Numbered from the whole stretch's first letter, positions 10,955-24,767 are shown. The stretch is 63,431 nucleotides of DNA, filler included, from Rhabdomonas costata (GCA_019059605.1; 46 parts of 46 records of this genome joined end to end with filler, not necessarily neighbours in it), one strand, 5' to 3'. Translations and numbers: made by a program. The notes: generated by a model from the letters alone, not told the origin.

Positions 10955-13900
10955 NNNNNNNNNNNNNNNNNNNNNNNNNNNNNNNNNNNNNNNNNNNNTT
11001 AATTAATTAANNNNNNNNNNNNNNNNNNNNNNNNNNNNNNNNNNNNNNNNNNNNTTACGTTTGTGCTTCCTACTCCGCCTTCTATGCTGCTTTCTTTGAT
11101 CCTCTCGCTCCGCACGCGTTTTCTGCCCGCACTCTCTTTGAACCCCATCTCCGCAGCGCCACTGACACGCACTTCCACATTCTCACCCTTCTCCCATCTC
11201 ATCCTTCCTTAATGCATACCAGCCTCTTCAGCTCTGTTCCCGCATCCCACATCGTCATGTGGCCCCCACTCGCGCTCCTTCTCTCCCCTTTCTTCTTTTC
11301 TTTTCTTTGTCCCCATTTGTCCTGTTAGTAATGCTCCTTTGTGTCCCCAGCTCAGTGCCCTCATCTGCCCTGCTGCCCTGCACGCTACCAAATCAAAACA
11401 AACCGTTTTGTTTCCCCTTCCCATCTTTTCGTTCCTCCTTGTACTTTTGTTTGTTTGTTGGTCGTGCGGTGAGCAAGCCAAGGGTTGCATTTTGCTTCCG
11501 AAAGCACAGAAACCACTACAGAACAAGGAGTAACCGGAAAAAACAAAGAACAGCGACTGGAGAGGCAGTGTGAACGCACCACTGTGCGTTGGAACGACCG
11601 GTGCCAGAAAGCGAGGTCTTGAACTCTGGTAAAATAAAATGGTGACTTGGAGCTGAAGTTGTAAAATAAGATGGTGACCCTCTCAAGCTGAACGTGTTCT
11701 CGTTGCGGTAAAGTAAATATAACGACAGCCCCTTTCACAACACAGGGGTGGTGACACAGCCCGCTTCCGTTTATTACTTGTTATTCTCTAAATTTCGAGG
11801 CACGGCTGTAGCACGCCGAGCAAGGTTGGAAGGAAGAATGGTGAGTAACTGGAGATGCAGAAACGCTCATACAACCCAGACCAAAATCGACCCAGATGAT
11901 TGATTTCCTCAAGATAACGTATGGTTCGCTGCGGTGACGTTTGAGTTATTAACCTAGTAAAATGAATGCGTATGAAGCACAAAGGAAGCTTTTTATGCTT
12001 CAGGTACATGCTACTACGGTGGAAAATTGTATATAGTTTTTGAATATACTGGTTTTTTGTATTTTTGCAGTGGATCTAAATTTTACTTATGGACGTAGAA
12101 GGGCACATTACGCAGGTTGAGAGAGAGTTCAACCCCGAACAGCAAGGGCTATGGTGCCCTATCTTGCTGTTTTTGGGCATTTTTAGATCTTCCTCGGCAA
12201 GCATTGTCGCTAGATTTTAGATGTCCAAGGCGGCCAAAGGTTACCTGCGCCCAGGCGTGCACGCTGATCTCATCGAGACATCTGAACTGGACAGGTTACG
12301 TATTCCATTACTATCGGGGCTACCACCCCCAACCCNNNNNNNNNNNNNNNNNNNNNNNNNNNNNNNNNNNNNNNNNNNNTTAATTAATTAANNNNNNNNN
12401 NNNNNNNNNNNNNNNNNNNNNNNNNNNNNNNNNNNGGGGGGGTGTTGGGCACTGCGCTCGGAAAACATCTGCTCCGCCAGCATTTTACCTTGCATTCGCT
12501 GCATCGCTTGCAACGGAGCGGCCGTTGCTTGCGCGATGATCTCAGCAGGCAGCTCATGGGTGATGGAAACGGTCTCTCCTGTCTGAGGTGGTCCACTCAT
12601 TGGAATTATCATTGGGAACGGGAGAGACACTAACCCAATTAAGCTGAGAGCTTTTTTGCTGCAAAAACAATAAAGGAAGTGGAGCTGCCCAAACATAATT
12701 CGTGTTACTGGAGGTTCAGTTGTTTCACGTGTCCCATGTAAAACAAGATACGAAGAACAGAAACTGCAGGGGGGAACTATGGCTATGACCACTTAAAAAA
12801 CGTGTGGGTGGGGGAATATTCTCCATTAAACAGCACGACGTTTTGGTGTGTTTCAAAACTCCCGAGTCTTTGCAAACGACGCCTCGCCGGAGACCTCGGT
12901 TTCTTCCTGGCTTTGGCAAACGACGACTTGCACTGGGCAAAACCGGGGCTTCCTCCGCTTTCCTGCGGCTTGGCGAGCGACGCTTTGCCTTGGAAAATGG
13001 TGGAAACCAGCACGCACACCGGCAAATTTGGCAGGGCTTAGGTCGTAACTGTTTATTATGCTACCATCGGTGAGGGATTAGGACCTCGGCGGGTGACGCA
13101 CACCGCCTAATGGATTTGGTGGGTGGTTGACCCCAATTATTAACAATCAAACAAGCTTAGTTACATCCAAAAACTCAGAATTTAGTATTTTACGAGTTTC
13201 CAATTGAATTCCTGGGAACACTATAAAATGCCGCTACGTCGATGTGTATTCACACGATATGTCATAAACGTTTTCACGATAGTGAGGCTAAAAGCACGTG
13301 TTCTCAGTTTACTGTGTGACGTGATAAATATAATTTGGTTTCAGCACAAAGGTGCACAGCGTACCACAGAGCAAGAAGGCAATCAACAGCACAGCCAAGG
13401 ATCAAAAAGGAGCCGTTGAAATTCCCGCGCCGGTCCCACCAAACACTGGTGGTCCGGAATACTTTTCCCCAAGGGGCTTGGCATTCCATACCTAGGGCAC
13501 ATTGTGCCCGACTGGCTTGTTGCGGCCTTTCTCCTGCTTGCATTTTGCTCCTTGGCGGCCGTTGGTAATGAAGAGCGGCTTCATCACATTGGCAACGCTA
13601 TGGTAGTATTGGACCGAGCAGCTGTCCGCATCACTCGCCGGTTACCAAGCCGGTTCGTGTCATAGCTTAATGGTAATCAAATTTTCATGAGCAACGTGAT
13701 TGCGTAAACAACACCCCNNNNNNNNNNNNNNNNNNNNNNNNNNNNNNNNNNNNNNNNNNNNTTAATTAATTAANNNNNNNNNNNNNNNNNNNNNNNNNNN
13801 NNNNNNNNNNNNNNNNNGTGTGGGGGTGGGGTAAGAGTAGCGGGACTATAGAGTAGCGGGGTAGCCCTGGCTGTTGTTGCACGCTAAGTTCTTTGTTTTG

Positions 13901-14148
13901 GGACCGTGTTTAGGGTATATGTAGTTTTTTAGAATGAAAAAGGCGACTGGAGGCAGCCTGATTTACCTAATTTAACAAACTCATGGGAAGAACCTTGAGC
14001 GGCAGGTTAGGTCCGTAACATTTCGTTTGGCTCTTTGTTCGATTTAGTCCTCAAGAACCTCGTTTTGGGAAGTAGTAGGTATCCCCTCTGGCCTACTTTT
14101 TCGTGTACTTTCTCTCGCGAATATTCTTCTTTTGCATTTCCAACGAAG

Positions 14149-14877
14149 GAGTTCCTGCTCCTGGTGTCCCAGCTGAGCAGCGAGAAGGACCAGGAAGACG
14201 CTGTGGAATACCGGCGGGGTTTTAATATGCTGAAGTTTCCGGTGTGTACACAGAGAGAGACCACCCACCACCCATACGCGTATTGAATGGATGCAAGAGC
14301 TTGTGCTCTTTTGACCATAAGTCTCAAGAAATTGTTTTCTATCTCTCTCTGGTTGCCCGCTAGAGTGCTTCTCCCCAACAGACGCCGCAGCAGCTCCGCA
14401 TCTTCGCCGGAGTTGCAGTCGGGTCCAGGGCGTGTGTGAAATGTGTGTGTCTCAAATGTGTGTGTCCCAAATCCCAAATGCAGAAACACAAGCCTGTTCT
14501 CTGCCATGCACGGAGTGGACACTTCGCGTTTGAATTGTGCCCCCGTGCCTTTAATTGTGTCCGTGGTGTTTGCGAAGCACCTGTTCGCTTCTTCGGCGTT
14601 TCCGGCCTTAGTCGGCGTCGCTTGCACGGCCTGCCCCATGTCAATTCCAGCCAGCAAGCAGTTCTTGTCATATAGATGTTGGGGTGGGGGGCTCGAACAG
14701 GTTGACGCGCTGGTCGATGAGCTCTCGCAGAGGCACTCAAGATGGCTCTCCCCCGAAGGCGCCGCGGAGTTGGACAGGGAGCAGAGGGAGCTGCAAGCGC
14801 AGGAGCAGCACCTGCTGGACATCGATCCCGTGCGTGCCCTGCAGCCCGTGAAGGATCACGTTAATTCGATGATGCAG
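14149..14877 (+). CDS. Three exons of a hypothetical helical/coiled-coil protein
   Basis: Phase-compatible GT-AG joins give EFLLLVSQLSSEKDQEDAVEYRR-DAAAAPHLRRSCSRVQG-VDALVDELSQR...VNSMMQ. Confidence 0.6.
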
Positions 14878-15325
14878 GTAGGGGATGTTGAATGGGGCGT
14901 CACCTCCTGTATTCCCCCTTCCCCCTTTACCCACAGCCTGCCACCTCCGCTCCCTCCTTTTAGGTGCATCGCCTTCAATGAGGTGTACCCTCAAAATATC
15001 CCAATGGCAGGGTCTCGCAGGCATGGGACGTCGAGTGGGATGGCACCCACTGTTGTTGTCCCCCTCCCCCCTCCCTACCCGCAGTCGCAGCCAGCTACAN
15101 NNNNNNNNNNNNNNNNNNNNNNNNNNNNNNNNNNNNNNNNNNNTTAATTAATTAANNNNNNNNNNNNNNNNNNNNNNNNNNNNNNNNNNNNNNNNNNNNT
15201 GGGGTGAAGGACGTCGTTGGGATCCATTGCCTTGCCGGAGAAGGTGGCCACGGCCAAGCGCAGGCGCGGTCGTTTTGGGCAGGCCACGGCAAAAGGCACC
15301 ATCCCGCAAGCGGTCTGTAAAGAAC

Positions 15326-15330
<5 letters not shown>

Positions 15331-15362
<32 letters not shown>
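15331..15362. repeat. (GA)n microsatellite
   Basis: Direct dinucleotide run. Confidence 0.95.
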
Positions 15363-15364
<2 letters not shown>

Positions 15365-15586
15365 CGTTCTCACCTGGCAAGCGCACCCAACGCCACGTTT
15401 CATGGGCTACATCCGTCACCTCACTTGGCGGAGGCGACCAATTGCAGACTCGCTTAGCGGACGGAGGAAGTACGTGTGGTGGTATCCTGAGTGACGAGCC
15501 GTTGGTCCAACGGCTCCGTGGCTCCAGCCCAGCCTCCTACCTAGCTAATAGGCAGTAAAACAAACTTTTTAAGTCTTAACGTTCAC

Positions 15587-15691
15587 CTGGGCTTCAAGCT
15601 TCACCAAGGCGGTAGTGAACTCGGCCATGTTGTGCTTCGTAGCCTCGTGCAGCAGCGTGGTGCCCGTGGCGGCCAATGGCGTGCCTATGGC
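15587..15691 (-). CDS. Ankyrin-repeat exon (further probable exons near 15200-15316 and 16021-16055)
   Basis: AG|AIGTPLAATGTTLLHEATKHNMAEFTTALVKLEAQ|GT fits the G-T-LH-A ankyrin consensus. Confidence 0.75.
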
Positions 15692-18099
15692 CTTGCAGGC
15701 GAAGTGGGATCAGCCAGCAGAGCGCGGGCGCCATCGCTGTGAGCAGCCAAAGCTAGCAAAGCTAGCAAAACGGCCGTCGTTCTTTTCTGTTTTCTCCTAA
15801 AACACACAGGTTTTTTCTCCTTCGGCTTACCAAGAGCATGCACGCTTGCATTCAGGGAAGTTGTTGTCGCATCACCGGTTTGTGCCACCCCTCCTTGCCT
15901 TTCCCTTCCCTTCCCTTCCCTTCGGGTCGGGCCCATTTCGAACAGTGCCATCGGCCCATATCAAAACTATCAAAACTGTCGGGCGAGCGGGAGGGAAGTT
16001 GGGGGGCGGAGCATCTGAACCTGGGCAAGGGACTCCGTGTGCTCCTCCTGCAGCGCTGCACCCTATGCGAAGTAACAGAGGTCAACAAGAATCACAGACC
16101 CCATCCACACAAACCCGACACATGAAGCCCACGCAAACGCCATCCAAACGAGTCGAAGCTAGAAGCTTCCGTATCGTGCCTTGGAATCGAGCCTCGGACG
16201 TAACCTCCCGCAAGACACGCGCCCGCGTTAGGGCAGATAGTCGCCGATCCTTCAGACTGTTGCGCGATGCCCCTATACACTACACCCGCAAGCAACCGAC
16301 AAAACATAGGCCTCTGTATGCCTTATGCAGCGGGGTACCATAAAGTCGCCTGATTTACCTTAAACTACAAATGCCCTACACATGCACCATTGCACCCAGC
16401 CCCCGTATAATGCAATGCTATGGTCCAGCCGGCTTGTAGGCTGGCCAAGAGGACCAATAGGCCGAGAGGAGAACACACAACANNNNNNNNNNNNNNNNNN
16501 NNNNNNNNNNNNNNNNNNNNNNNNNNTTAATTAATTAANNNNNNNNNNNNNNNNNNNNNNNNNNNNNNNNNNNNNNNNNNNNGGAAACGGTGGCAACTCA
16601 TTACCTCATTTCCTACAGAGCACGAAGGATCGCCGTATTTCTGAAGACTTTGTAAAGGGGAATCCTCCCTTTTCAGGTGGTTCTGCATGCCACCCTGCGG
16701 AGCACTAGCGGCCAGAGGCACGAATAAATCCACTCTGAAGCTTTATCTGAGAGGCGTAAATCAGCCTAAAGCAGAAACAACGTGCTGCACCACAGCGGAC
16801 ACGTTCCGCGCCAATGACTGGCCAAAGGGTGGAGTGTCCAAAGGTTTCAAAGGCTGTCGCAGCGGAAATAAAACTCACAAAAATGCACCCACACGTACCA
16901 CACCCACCCACCTCTCTCCATTCTCCTGTGACCACCAAATGCTGTGGACTTCTGGCCCATGGCAAATGCCACAGGCTGGCGAGATCACATTTGCATTCCT
17001 GGAGGCTAGCAACGGAAATGGCACGACCCAGGTGCGACAACACGCACGCAAAGACACGCCCTCCCTCCCTCTCTCCTGCGTTGACTACGGAACTGCGGAA
17101 CTCCTTACCACCATAAACAGCACAGAACAAAGCAGAAGGGGAACAATCAACTCACAACCAAAGAGAGAAGCGATTCAACAAGATGGAAATGGTGATGATG
17201 GGGGGGTTCCCCCGTCCGCTTGGTTGTCATGGATTCAATGGGAACGTTCCCGCCTGCAGGTTGGTCACATAAAGGGGAAAATACTTCTGGCATCACAATC
17301 CACACAATCCACAACACACCCCAACACATCCCAACCCCACACTCCCACATGCGCCGCGTATATACTTTCCAGAGCAAGAAGGTAGAGAAGAAGCACACAG
17401 GTTTGATCGAGGGCATGGACATGCCCGCTTTTGTTTCTCTCTCACTTTGGGTTTGTGAGTGAACGGTTCAGTAGATTCCAATGTGAACAGGTGTGTACAA
17501 TGCTTTCGACAATATCCACAGAGATTGGCACTGCCATGAAAAACCTCTCTGCAACATGTGACGTGTCATGTGCATCTCCTCGTCGCACACGCCTGGGAAG
17601 GACGTGCAGGAGAAGCAGTAGAGGGGGGAAACTGCGAGCACGCAAACCCCCCACCCTGAAACATACTCCCACCTCCCAAATTCCTTACCGACGGCACGCT
17701 CTATCAACAGTGTCTGTGCGAAAAAGACATGACAGACGACGAAGAAAAAAACGGAGGATGGCGGGAGGATGCGTGAATGGACATGCCCAGTGACCAGCGG
17801 TGGCCGGTTGCCAAAGGCCAGGGCTGTGACGCACGAAGGCAGGCTCACAGCAGCAAGACGGAANNNNNNNNNNNNNNNNNNNNNNNNNNNNNNNNNNNNN
17901 NNNNNNNTTAATTAATTAANNNNNNNNNNNNNNNNNNNNNNNNNNNNNNNNNNNNNNNNNNNNGTTGTTGTGGGGATAAAGACAACAAAGAAAAACTTGC
18001 CATCAAAATTGTGCCTTTTTGAAAATAGGGTGCGGTTGTGTGCGTTGCAGGAAAGCTGTGACATTGAATTTAAACACTCGTGTGTGTGGAATCTCGCAG

Positions 18100-18318
18100 A
18101 GTAAGGACACGGACCGGGGCCTGGCCAAGGCCAGGCAGCTGGAGGATCGCGTGGCGGAGCTCAAGGCTGAGCGCCAGGCCGCACAGCAGACCGTGCAGAA
18201 CCGGGAGGCCGAGGTGAAGGAGCTCAAGCGGAGGGTTGAGCGCCTGGAGAAGGAGGCTGAGCGGCACGGCGCGGCGATCGCAGCGGAACAGGAGAAGCTT
18301 CGGAAGGCCCAGCAGGAG
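18100..18318 (+). CDS. Coiled-coil protein exon (next exon starts at 19121)
   Basis: AG/GT-bounded, GC3-rich heptads ARQLEDRVAELKAERQAAQQTVQNREAEVKELKRRVERLEKE. Confidence 0.75.
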
Positions 18319-18831
18319 GTCCTGAAGAGATCGAGCGAGCGAGTGGGAGAGAAAGAGAGCTTGCGAGCGTATTTGAAGCGAGAGAGAGAGGGGGTGGGGT
18401 AAACGAAGAGATTCGCTTTGTGTTCGATTTTAGTTCCTTCATCCACATTCACACAGATACACACCCAATAAGGCGTGCGGAGCCTCAGAGACCCAATCAG
18501 CACTGGAGCGGTGCGGGTAGTAGTTGAAAAAGAGCAGCTCCGCGACAAGGCCCGGGACCATGCGTGGAACGTTCAGCTGTGACCGGTACCCCATGGGATC
18601 ATTCGCTGCAACGAAACCTCTCGCGAGCACCCGTGCGCCCGTCCACAGTGGTCATCAACAGTCAGTCAGACAGCAGCCAGCACGCTATGCGTCGAACACA
18701 CACTCGTACGTTCTTACGGGTGGTGAATGCGTTACAGTTGGCAATGCTTTTCGGGATGAAGAGGGTGTGTGTGTGTGTGTGGTGTGTCCTCGAGTCCTCC
18801 CCAGAAAAAACTCATCCTTTCCAAGTGCACC

Positions 18832-18832
<1 letters not shown>

Positions 18833-18875
<43 letters not shown>
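18833..18875. repeat. (GT)n intronic microsatellite
   Basis: Direct dinucleotide run. Confidence 0.95.
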
Positions 18876-18881
<6 letters not shown>

Positions 18882-19752
18882 AGCGCATTCATTCAGTGGG
18901 CACCCCTCCCATAAGACGAATGCCGTGGCCCGATGCTTTGCTATTTCCCTGTGGAATCATGCACTGTGAATGCCTCTTTGTGCGGATGACCAGCATTCCA
19001 GTTACCTTTTTTGTCCACAGCTCACAGCTGATAGTAATCCTTCTTTGGTAGGCATCCCTCGGAATGCACTGAAGAGAGTCCTCGTGGCTTATTTCTTACT
19101 GGGTTTCTGATGGTGCGCAGAGCCAGACTCTGACGGCGATGCTTCGCACGGCCTCAGAGGCGCGGCAGAAGCTTAGCGCGGAGCTCGAGGCCGTGCGAAG
19201 CATCGCCGTCAGAGTCTGGCTCTGCGCACCATCAAAAACCCACNNNNNNNNNNNNNNNNNNNNNNNNNNNNNNNNNNNNNNNNNNNNTTAATTAATTAAN
19301 NNNNNNNNNNNNNNNNNNNNNNNNNNNNNNNNNNNNNNNNNNNTCTGGGTTTGGTTCATTTTCGGGAAAAGCTGTTATAGGTGTTTAGGTGTTACTCTGA
19401 TTACCTTTGTTTTGTCTCAGCTCGCGCGGAATGAAAAGGTAAGCAAAAATTGTTGAAAAGGGAAAAATAGACAATATTATCTACAGGAAACGGAACCGGC
19501 GATTAAACCGATATTTGCCGTTTACGGGACCTTGATCTCTACACAATGTCTAAGTCCATGCAATCGGAACAGGTCGTTTCACACTGTGCCTCCCAAGTGG
19601 CCCATCTCCCTCTTTCTCTCTCGCCTTCCCGGGCCTTGAGCCTCTCCCCATTGGCTTCTTCGCCGGCCCCTGCTCGCCCTTCCGCCAGATCGCCTACGCC
19701 CCCTGCCCTTCCGTCTGCTTCACCCCCACGGGATGCCATTCTTCCACTGCAG

Positions 19753-20288
19753 TGGCCCCTCCGAAGCCCCCTCCCAAGCGGGATTGGCTGCTGTGGTTCG
19801 GGTTTACCCGGCTCACTGACGTCCTGGTGCTGCACTGCGCCGTTCTGTGTACCACCGCGCTGTTCCTAGGCGCGATCTATGACAGCAGCACGTACCGCAA
19901 GAAAGCCTGGATCTCGGCCCTGATCGGTCCGGTCGGTACGCTGCTGCGGTACGAGCTGACCGCGTTCAACGGGAAGCTCTCCCAGTTCAAGTGGTTCCCG
20001 TTTGGGACCTTCCTGGCGAACATGATTGCCACCGCGGTGGACGCCGCTCTGCAGGCCGCGATGACGCGGTGCACCACCCTGGGAATGTGGGCACCCTTCT
20101 GGATGACCTGTGTGCAGCTGGGGTTCTCGGGGTGCCTCAGCACAGTCTCGACATACGCGGTTGAGCTGGGGCAGCTCCTCCGCAAGGCCCCTGGGGACGG
20201 CAGCGGATACTACTACATGTTTTGGGGCACCGGGGTGGCCATGGCACTGATGATGTCGATCTTTGGGTGGAGCGCATGGAGCGTGTAA
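19753..20288 (+). CDS. FEX: Fluoride exporter FEX/CrcB family, terminal exon (C-terminal Fluc domain)
   Basis: GPVGTLLRY, FPFGTFLANM and GFSGCLSTVSTY are Fluc/CrcB motifs; follows a polypyrimidine tract and CAG. Confidence 0.9.
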
Positions 20289-21271
20289 CCTCGCCTGCGC
20301 CTCCTTAGCTTTTGCTAGAGCAGAGCGGTGAGCAGGGCGAAAACTCGATGTCAGTCGTCGTGCTTTCCAGGGACAGATGCAGAAAGCATCTCGTTCATGG
20401 TTTAGAGAACGCCCGACAGAGTTCTTGGTCGCTTTGGGCGTACCATCTTATTCGTTCCCCGCTTACCGGTCCACCACCCTGCCACCCTTTGTGGCAATTG
20501 ATGGTTTATTGTAAATATTGCTCTTGCTGGTCAGGTTTGCTTTGTGATTTAGTGTGTACTGTGGTTGTGACACTGTCTGCTCCACGCGGCGCGTGTCTAG
20601 AAGCCACTGAGATTGCGGCCGTTTNNNNNNNNNNNNNNNNNNNNNNNNNNNNNNNNNNNNNNNNNNNNTTAATTAATTAANNNNNNNNNNNNNNNNNNNN
20701 NNNNNNNNNNNNNNNNNNNNNNNNAACTGGTGGACAGCAGAGTGAACCGTGGGGTGGTGGGTCTTTCGGCAGTCCGAATGCTGCACCGCACCGCGCTGCT
20801 TCGCATTCTGCCTTTGCCTGAGAACAAGTGGGGGAGGGGGGATTGCGATTGGAGACCCAAGAGAAAGGTCCATTTCCATTTCTTGAGATTTTGTGTTCGT
20901 GGACCGCTCGTCATCGCAGTGGTATTACTGGCACAGATTGCGATTATCGGTTGACACGTGTTTTTTTTTTGGAGCTTAATCCTACCTCCAACATAACTTT
21001 GGAGTCTGAAAAGCCTCTGAATTTTTGTTAGTAAGTTCCCAAGGTGCCCTTGTTCATCCGTCCCTTGTCCGTCAGAGGCTTGAGATGGACCCTGGATCCG
21101 ATTATTTCTGTGTGAACTTACAATAACGCATAATTTTGTTCGACTCTCGCTATGTTCAACTTTTTGCTTCCTCAGATATTTTTGGCTGGGCTCCTTTGGC
21201 AGCCCACAATACCTCCGTGTGACAACTCCCTTTCTTGAACAACTTTCGCCTGTTGTGTGAGGACAAGACAA

Positions 21272-21583
21272 ATGTCCTTTTCCGCCATTCGGGCCCGCCA
21301 TGCCTCCGTCTCTCTCGCCGGGAAGCTCGCCGTGGTGGTCGGCGGGACCTCTGGGCTAGGCCAGGGCATCGCCGAGCGGCTGGCCCGAGCGGATTGCTCC
21401 GTGGTTGTTGTGGGGCGGTCCGCGCAGCGCGGACAGGAGGTGGTCCAGCGGATCTCCGCGCTCTCCCCGACTGCACGACACAGCTTCGTGCGGTGTGATG
21501 CGGCACTGCTGGCCAACGTGGCGGAGTTCGCGCGAGGTTTCCGGAAGGAGGGCCGCACGCTGGACTTTCTGGTGCTGACTCAG
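21272..21583 (+). CDS. Short-chain dehydrogenase/reductase, first exon
   Basis: GKLAVVVGGTSGLGQGIAERLA Rossmann motif, VVVVGRS, FVRCD, LDFLVLTQ, then GTGAGT donor. Confidence 0.92.
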
Positions 21584-22105
21584 GTGAGTCCGTCCCGCCC
21601 TGCTTCTTTAACCGCAGTGCCCTGCCTGGATTTATGAGATTTTAATGTATTGGTGCATTTTATGAGTGGTTCATATCGCCTTGTCCAAACCTGCGAACAC
21701 CATCTCCCTTTCGTGACCTTCTTTCAGCCGACCCTCCATTGTCGGCGTCCCTTCGCTCCCTGTTCCCTGTGCCATCCGTCGGGCCCTAGGTACCTCGTTC
21801 TCTGTCGCTTGCACATCCACAACTCCGAACATGCTGTGGTTGTATCTCTTCCTTTTTTTTTCGCCTCGTTTGCCTTTGTGCCACTGTTCTACATGGTGGA
21901 CGTTGGACAATGGCATCGTGCCCCACCAATTGATAACGGATGATTGATGTTAAGCCATAGTGAGAATAAGCGCGATGAAATGCGCTTATTCGTTCGATGA
22001 AACCANNNNNNNNNNNNNNNNNNNNNNNNNNNNNNNNNNNNNNNNNNNNTTAATTAATTAANNNNNNNNNNNNNNNNNNNNNNNNNNNNNNNNNNNNNNN
22101 NNNNN

Positions 22106-22720
22106 GACGTCCCGGGCGGCCTTTTCCTCTTCCTCGTCGAGGTAGAAGATGTGCCCCGCGGTGGGGTGCCGCAGCAGCCGAGGAGCCAGGGCGTACAGCT
22201 GCAGGACAAGCTTGCCGGGCTTGGGGGGAAACGGAAGAGAGGGAAGGCGCTCCGACCGAGGCACAGGGTACAGGGTGGTCCCGCATGGGAACATCCACTC
22301 GGCCTGTTGGGGGTACTGAGATAGCCACCCGACCTCCGCTCCGCAAGGGAGGCAGCTGAACTCCAGGCCGTCGGTGTAGGTGGGGGGCATTGGGGTGATC
22401 ACAAAGATGAGGTTCCCCTCAAACGCCTCTGCAGCGACTCGAGCGTCCGTGGTTGTTGAAACCAGGGCGAGATCACACAGCGCAAGGCTGACCAAATACT
22501 GCAGGGCATCGCCTGCGGGGGGTTTATCCAGCGCCCGGTAGGCATCTACGAAGTGCTGGTCGATCGCGCCCTTAAGGCCTCGCATGAACAGCTTCGGGGG
22601 AGGGGGCTCGGTCGCTTCCGCGGCGGCCGTGGCGAGCATTGTTATTGCGGTCATGCACATCCGCACCGTCACTGGGAACGTAGACGGGCCCCACTGGATC
22701 CGGAAACCCCCGTATTGATT
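22106..22720 (-). CDS. ARTC-type (R-S-E) ADP-ribosyltransferase domain exon
   Basis: KLFMRGL (R), LVSTTTDARVA (STT), GAEVGWLSQYPQQAEWMFP (catalytic E), in the correct order; AG acceptor at 22721-22722. Confidence 0.75.
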
Positions 22721-23966
22721 CTGAATAGTCTGCACGCCCAACAACAATGGGAATCTTGATGTGAAGCGTCATACACTCACATACGCGCTCACGTACTCCA
22801 CTGGGTCTGGGAGAATTCTGCAAGTGCCGGTCCACGGGCTGGCCCCTCGCACGATAAAGCCCCCCAAAGCCTATAATGCTCAGCAACCACAAAAACACCG
22901 ATCATCTTTGTAATCGCACAACCGACGAGGCACAGATCACCGCGTCCTAGGGGAGGTCTGTAAAGAGCTCATCCAAGCCCTGTCCAGAATATTGTCAGCT
23001 TCTTCAAAAATGACAACTGTCCAGTAAATGAGAGTATTTCCTACGGATAGCTAAAAATGGGGTCAAAAAACAGGGATGACCCTTTTTACCCTGCCCGCTT
23101 CGTGGCATTGACGTTTCCCTGTTTTTAACATTGGATTTCTACAATTCTCGCTGTAAAGTGGGCCATATCAAACCCGAATGAGATCACAGTGCAATGCCGC
23201 ACTGCGGACTCATGCGCGAAAAACCTCCGCATGATAAAAAATTACTCACTCCACACCGTTCAACCGCATCGTCCCGAGCGGCAGCTAAGCAGCGGCCATT
23301 CGCAGAAGAAAAAAAGGGTGCTCAAGGAACAGCCCTATGGAAACAGAAGAAGGGGTGGGCATTTTTTTTTGGTAATACCCACAACANNNNNNNNNNNNNN
23401 NNNNNNNNNNNNNNNNNNNNNNNNNNNNNNTTAATTAATTAANNNNNNNNNNNNNNNNNNNNNNNNNNNNNNNNNNNNNNNNNNNNTCCTTCTCTGTGCT
23501 TTTTGCTCCATTTCACCGCACTTGTTTTCGAGTTTGAGACAGAGCTTACTGAAATTAATTCACCCAGCTGAGAGCGCTCATGAATATACCCCGAGTTGAA
23601 ATTCTCCGCTGCTCGACTCGAGGCACACGCCTGAGTTTCAAGTGTCACTTCCTGCGGTATCGGCCTTCCCTTTGCATCACAGGAGCACGGATGGACATTC
23701 ATCCATTCCCATCCAAAACAAGCAAAGGTTCTGAAGGGCGCATGTCACAAGGGCCATAAATGGCATAAATGGTGTTGGCAAAAAAAAAAGCAGAAAGAGA
23801 GCCCTGCGAATAGTCTGAACTCGGGAATTGAGGCTGAGCGCTGCGCTCGAATGCTTTTCCTTTGAATTGAATTGAAACACTTTTTATTCAGTTCATAGGG
23901 AGGAACGGAGATCCTCCCCTTCCTTTCCAGTAGTGCTGAGGGTTTGTTTTTGGTGGGGGCTCTCAG

Positions 23967-24767
23967 ACCAAGCGGTGTACCCGGAACAGATGCGGTTCCT
24001 GTTCGTAATCAACGCCCCGCGGTCCGTTCAGCTGGGGTGGTCCATGCTCAGCCCCGTGCTGGACCCCGTGGTGCGGCTGAAGGCATGCACCAGCAAGCAC
24101 GAGAGAATAGTTAGCAACCAAAAGAAACACTAGAAGGAGAGACAGACAGAGAGACAGAGAGAGGCTGCTGGTTGCTCTGTAGTCATCTGGTTGGTTCTGT
24201 AAGAGGTCACGCAGCAGCACTCGCTTTGCTTCTGCAGCAAGTCAAGAGATATCCTGGGGCTAATCCTGCTGGTGCACTCTATGTGGGCTCTATGCGGGTT
24301 CTCCACTCCGTCACTGCAATGATATCGCTCCACAACAACAGCGTCGGGTGGATAGTCGTCAAAATCATGGAAAGTGGACGCAGCAGCCAGCGGCTACGTG
24401 AGCTACGCTTCACTTGTAACTGCTTGGTAAACCGTGCGTTATGGCTATATTTATATGGCTGCCACCCATTGATGGACACATCAGGTTAAGGAGGTTGAGA
24501 AAAGCTTTGACCATTGGCATTGCTGAACGTGTAACGTCTTGTAAACGGTTAAAGTCCCTCGTGAGAGCCAGAGCCGAAATTTAAAAAGTGAGCGGATCCT
24601 TGTTTCAATGATGCCGGAAGGGTGACCCGGACTCTCCACACACACACACACACAACACACATACACTGCCCCGTTAACAGGTTCATATCTGGGGCACGGA
24701 CTACGCTGCGAAGTTGGCCGAGCACATCCCCAGAGCTCAGCTCCCCGTGGAACTCGGACCCAAAACA
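23967..24767 (+). CDS. CRAL-TRIO/SEC14 protein, exons 23967-24082 and 24681 to ~24757
   Basis: YPEQMRFLFVINAP...WSMLSPVLDPVVRLK|VHIWGTDYAAKLAEHIPRAQLPVELG; the join needs a GC donor. Confidence 0.88.

Noticed and set aside
19100-19242. 56-bp hairpin as a miRNA precursor or MITE
   Set aside because: The left arm spans an intron-exon junction, the right arm runs to the contig end, and the single mismatch lies in the A/C primer zone: fold-back chimera.
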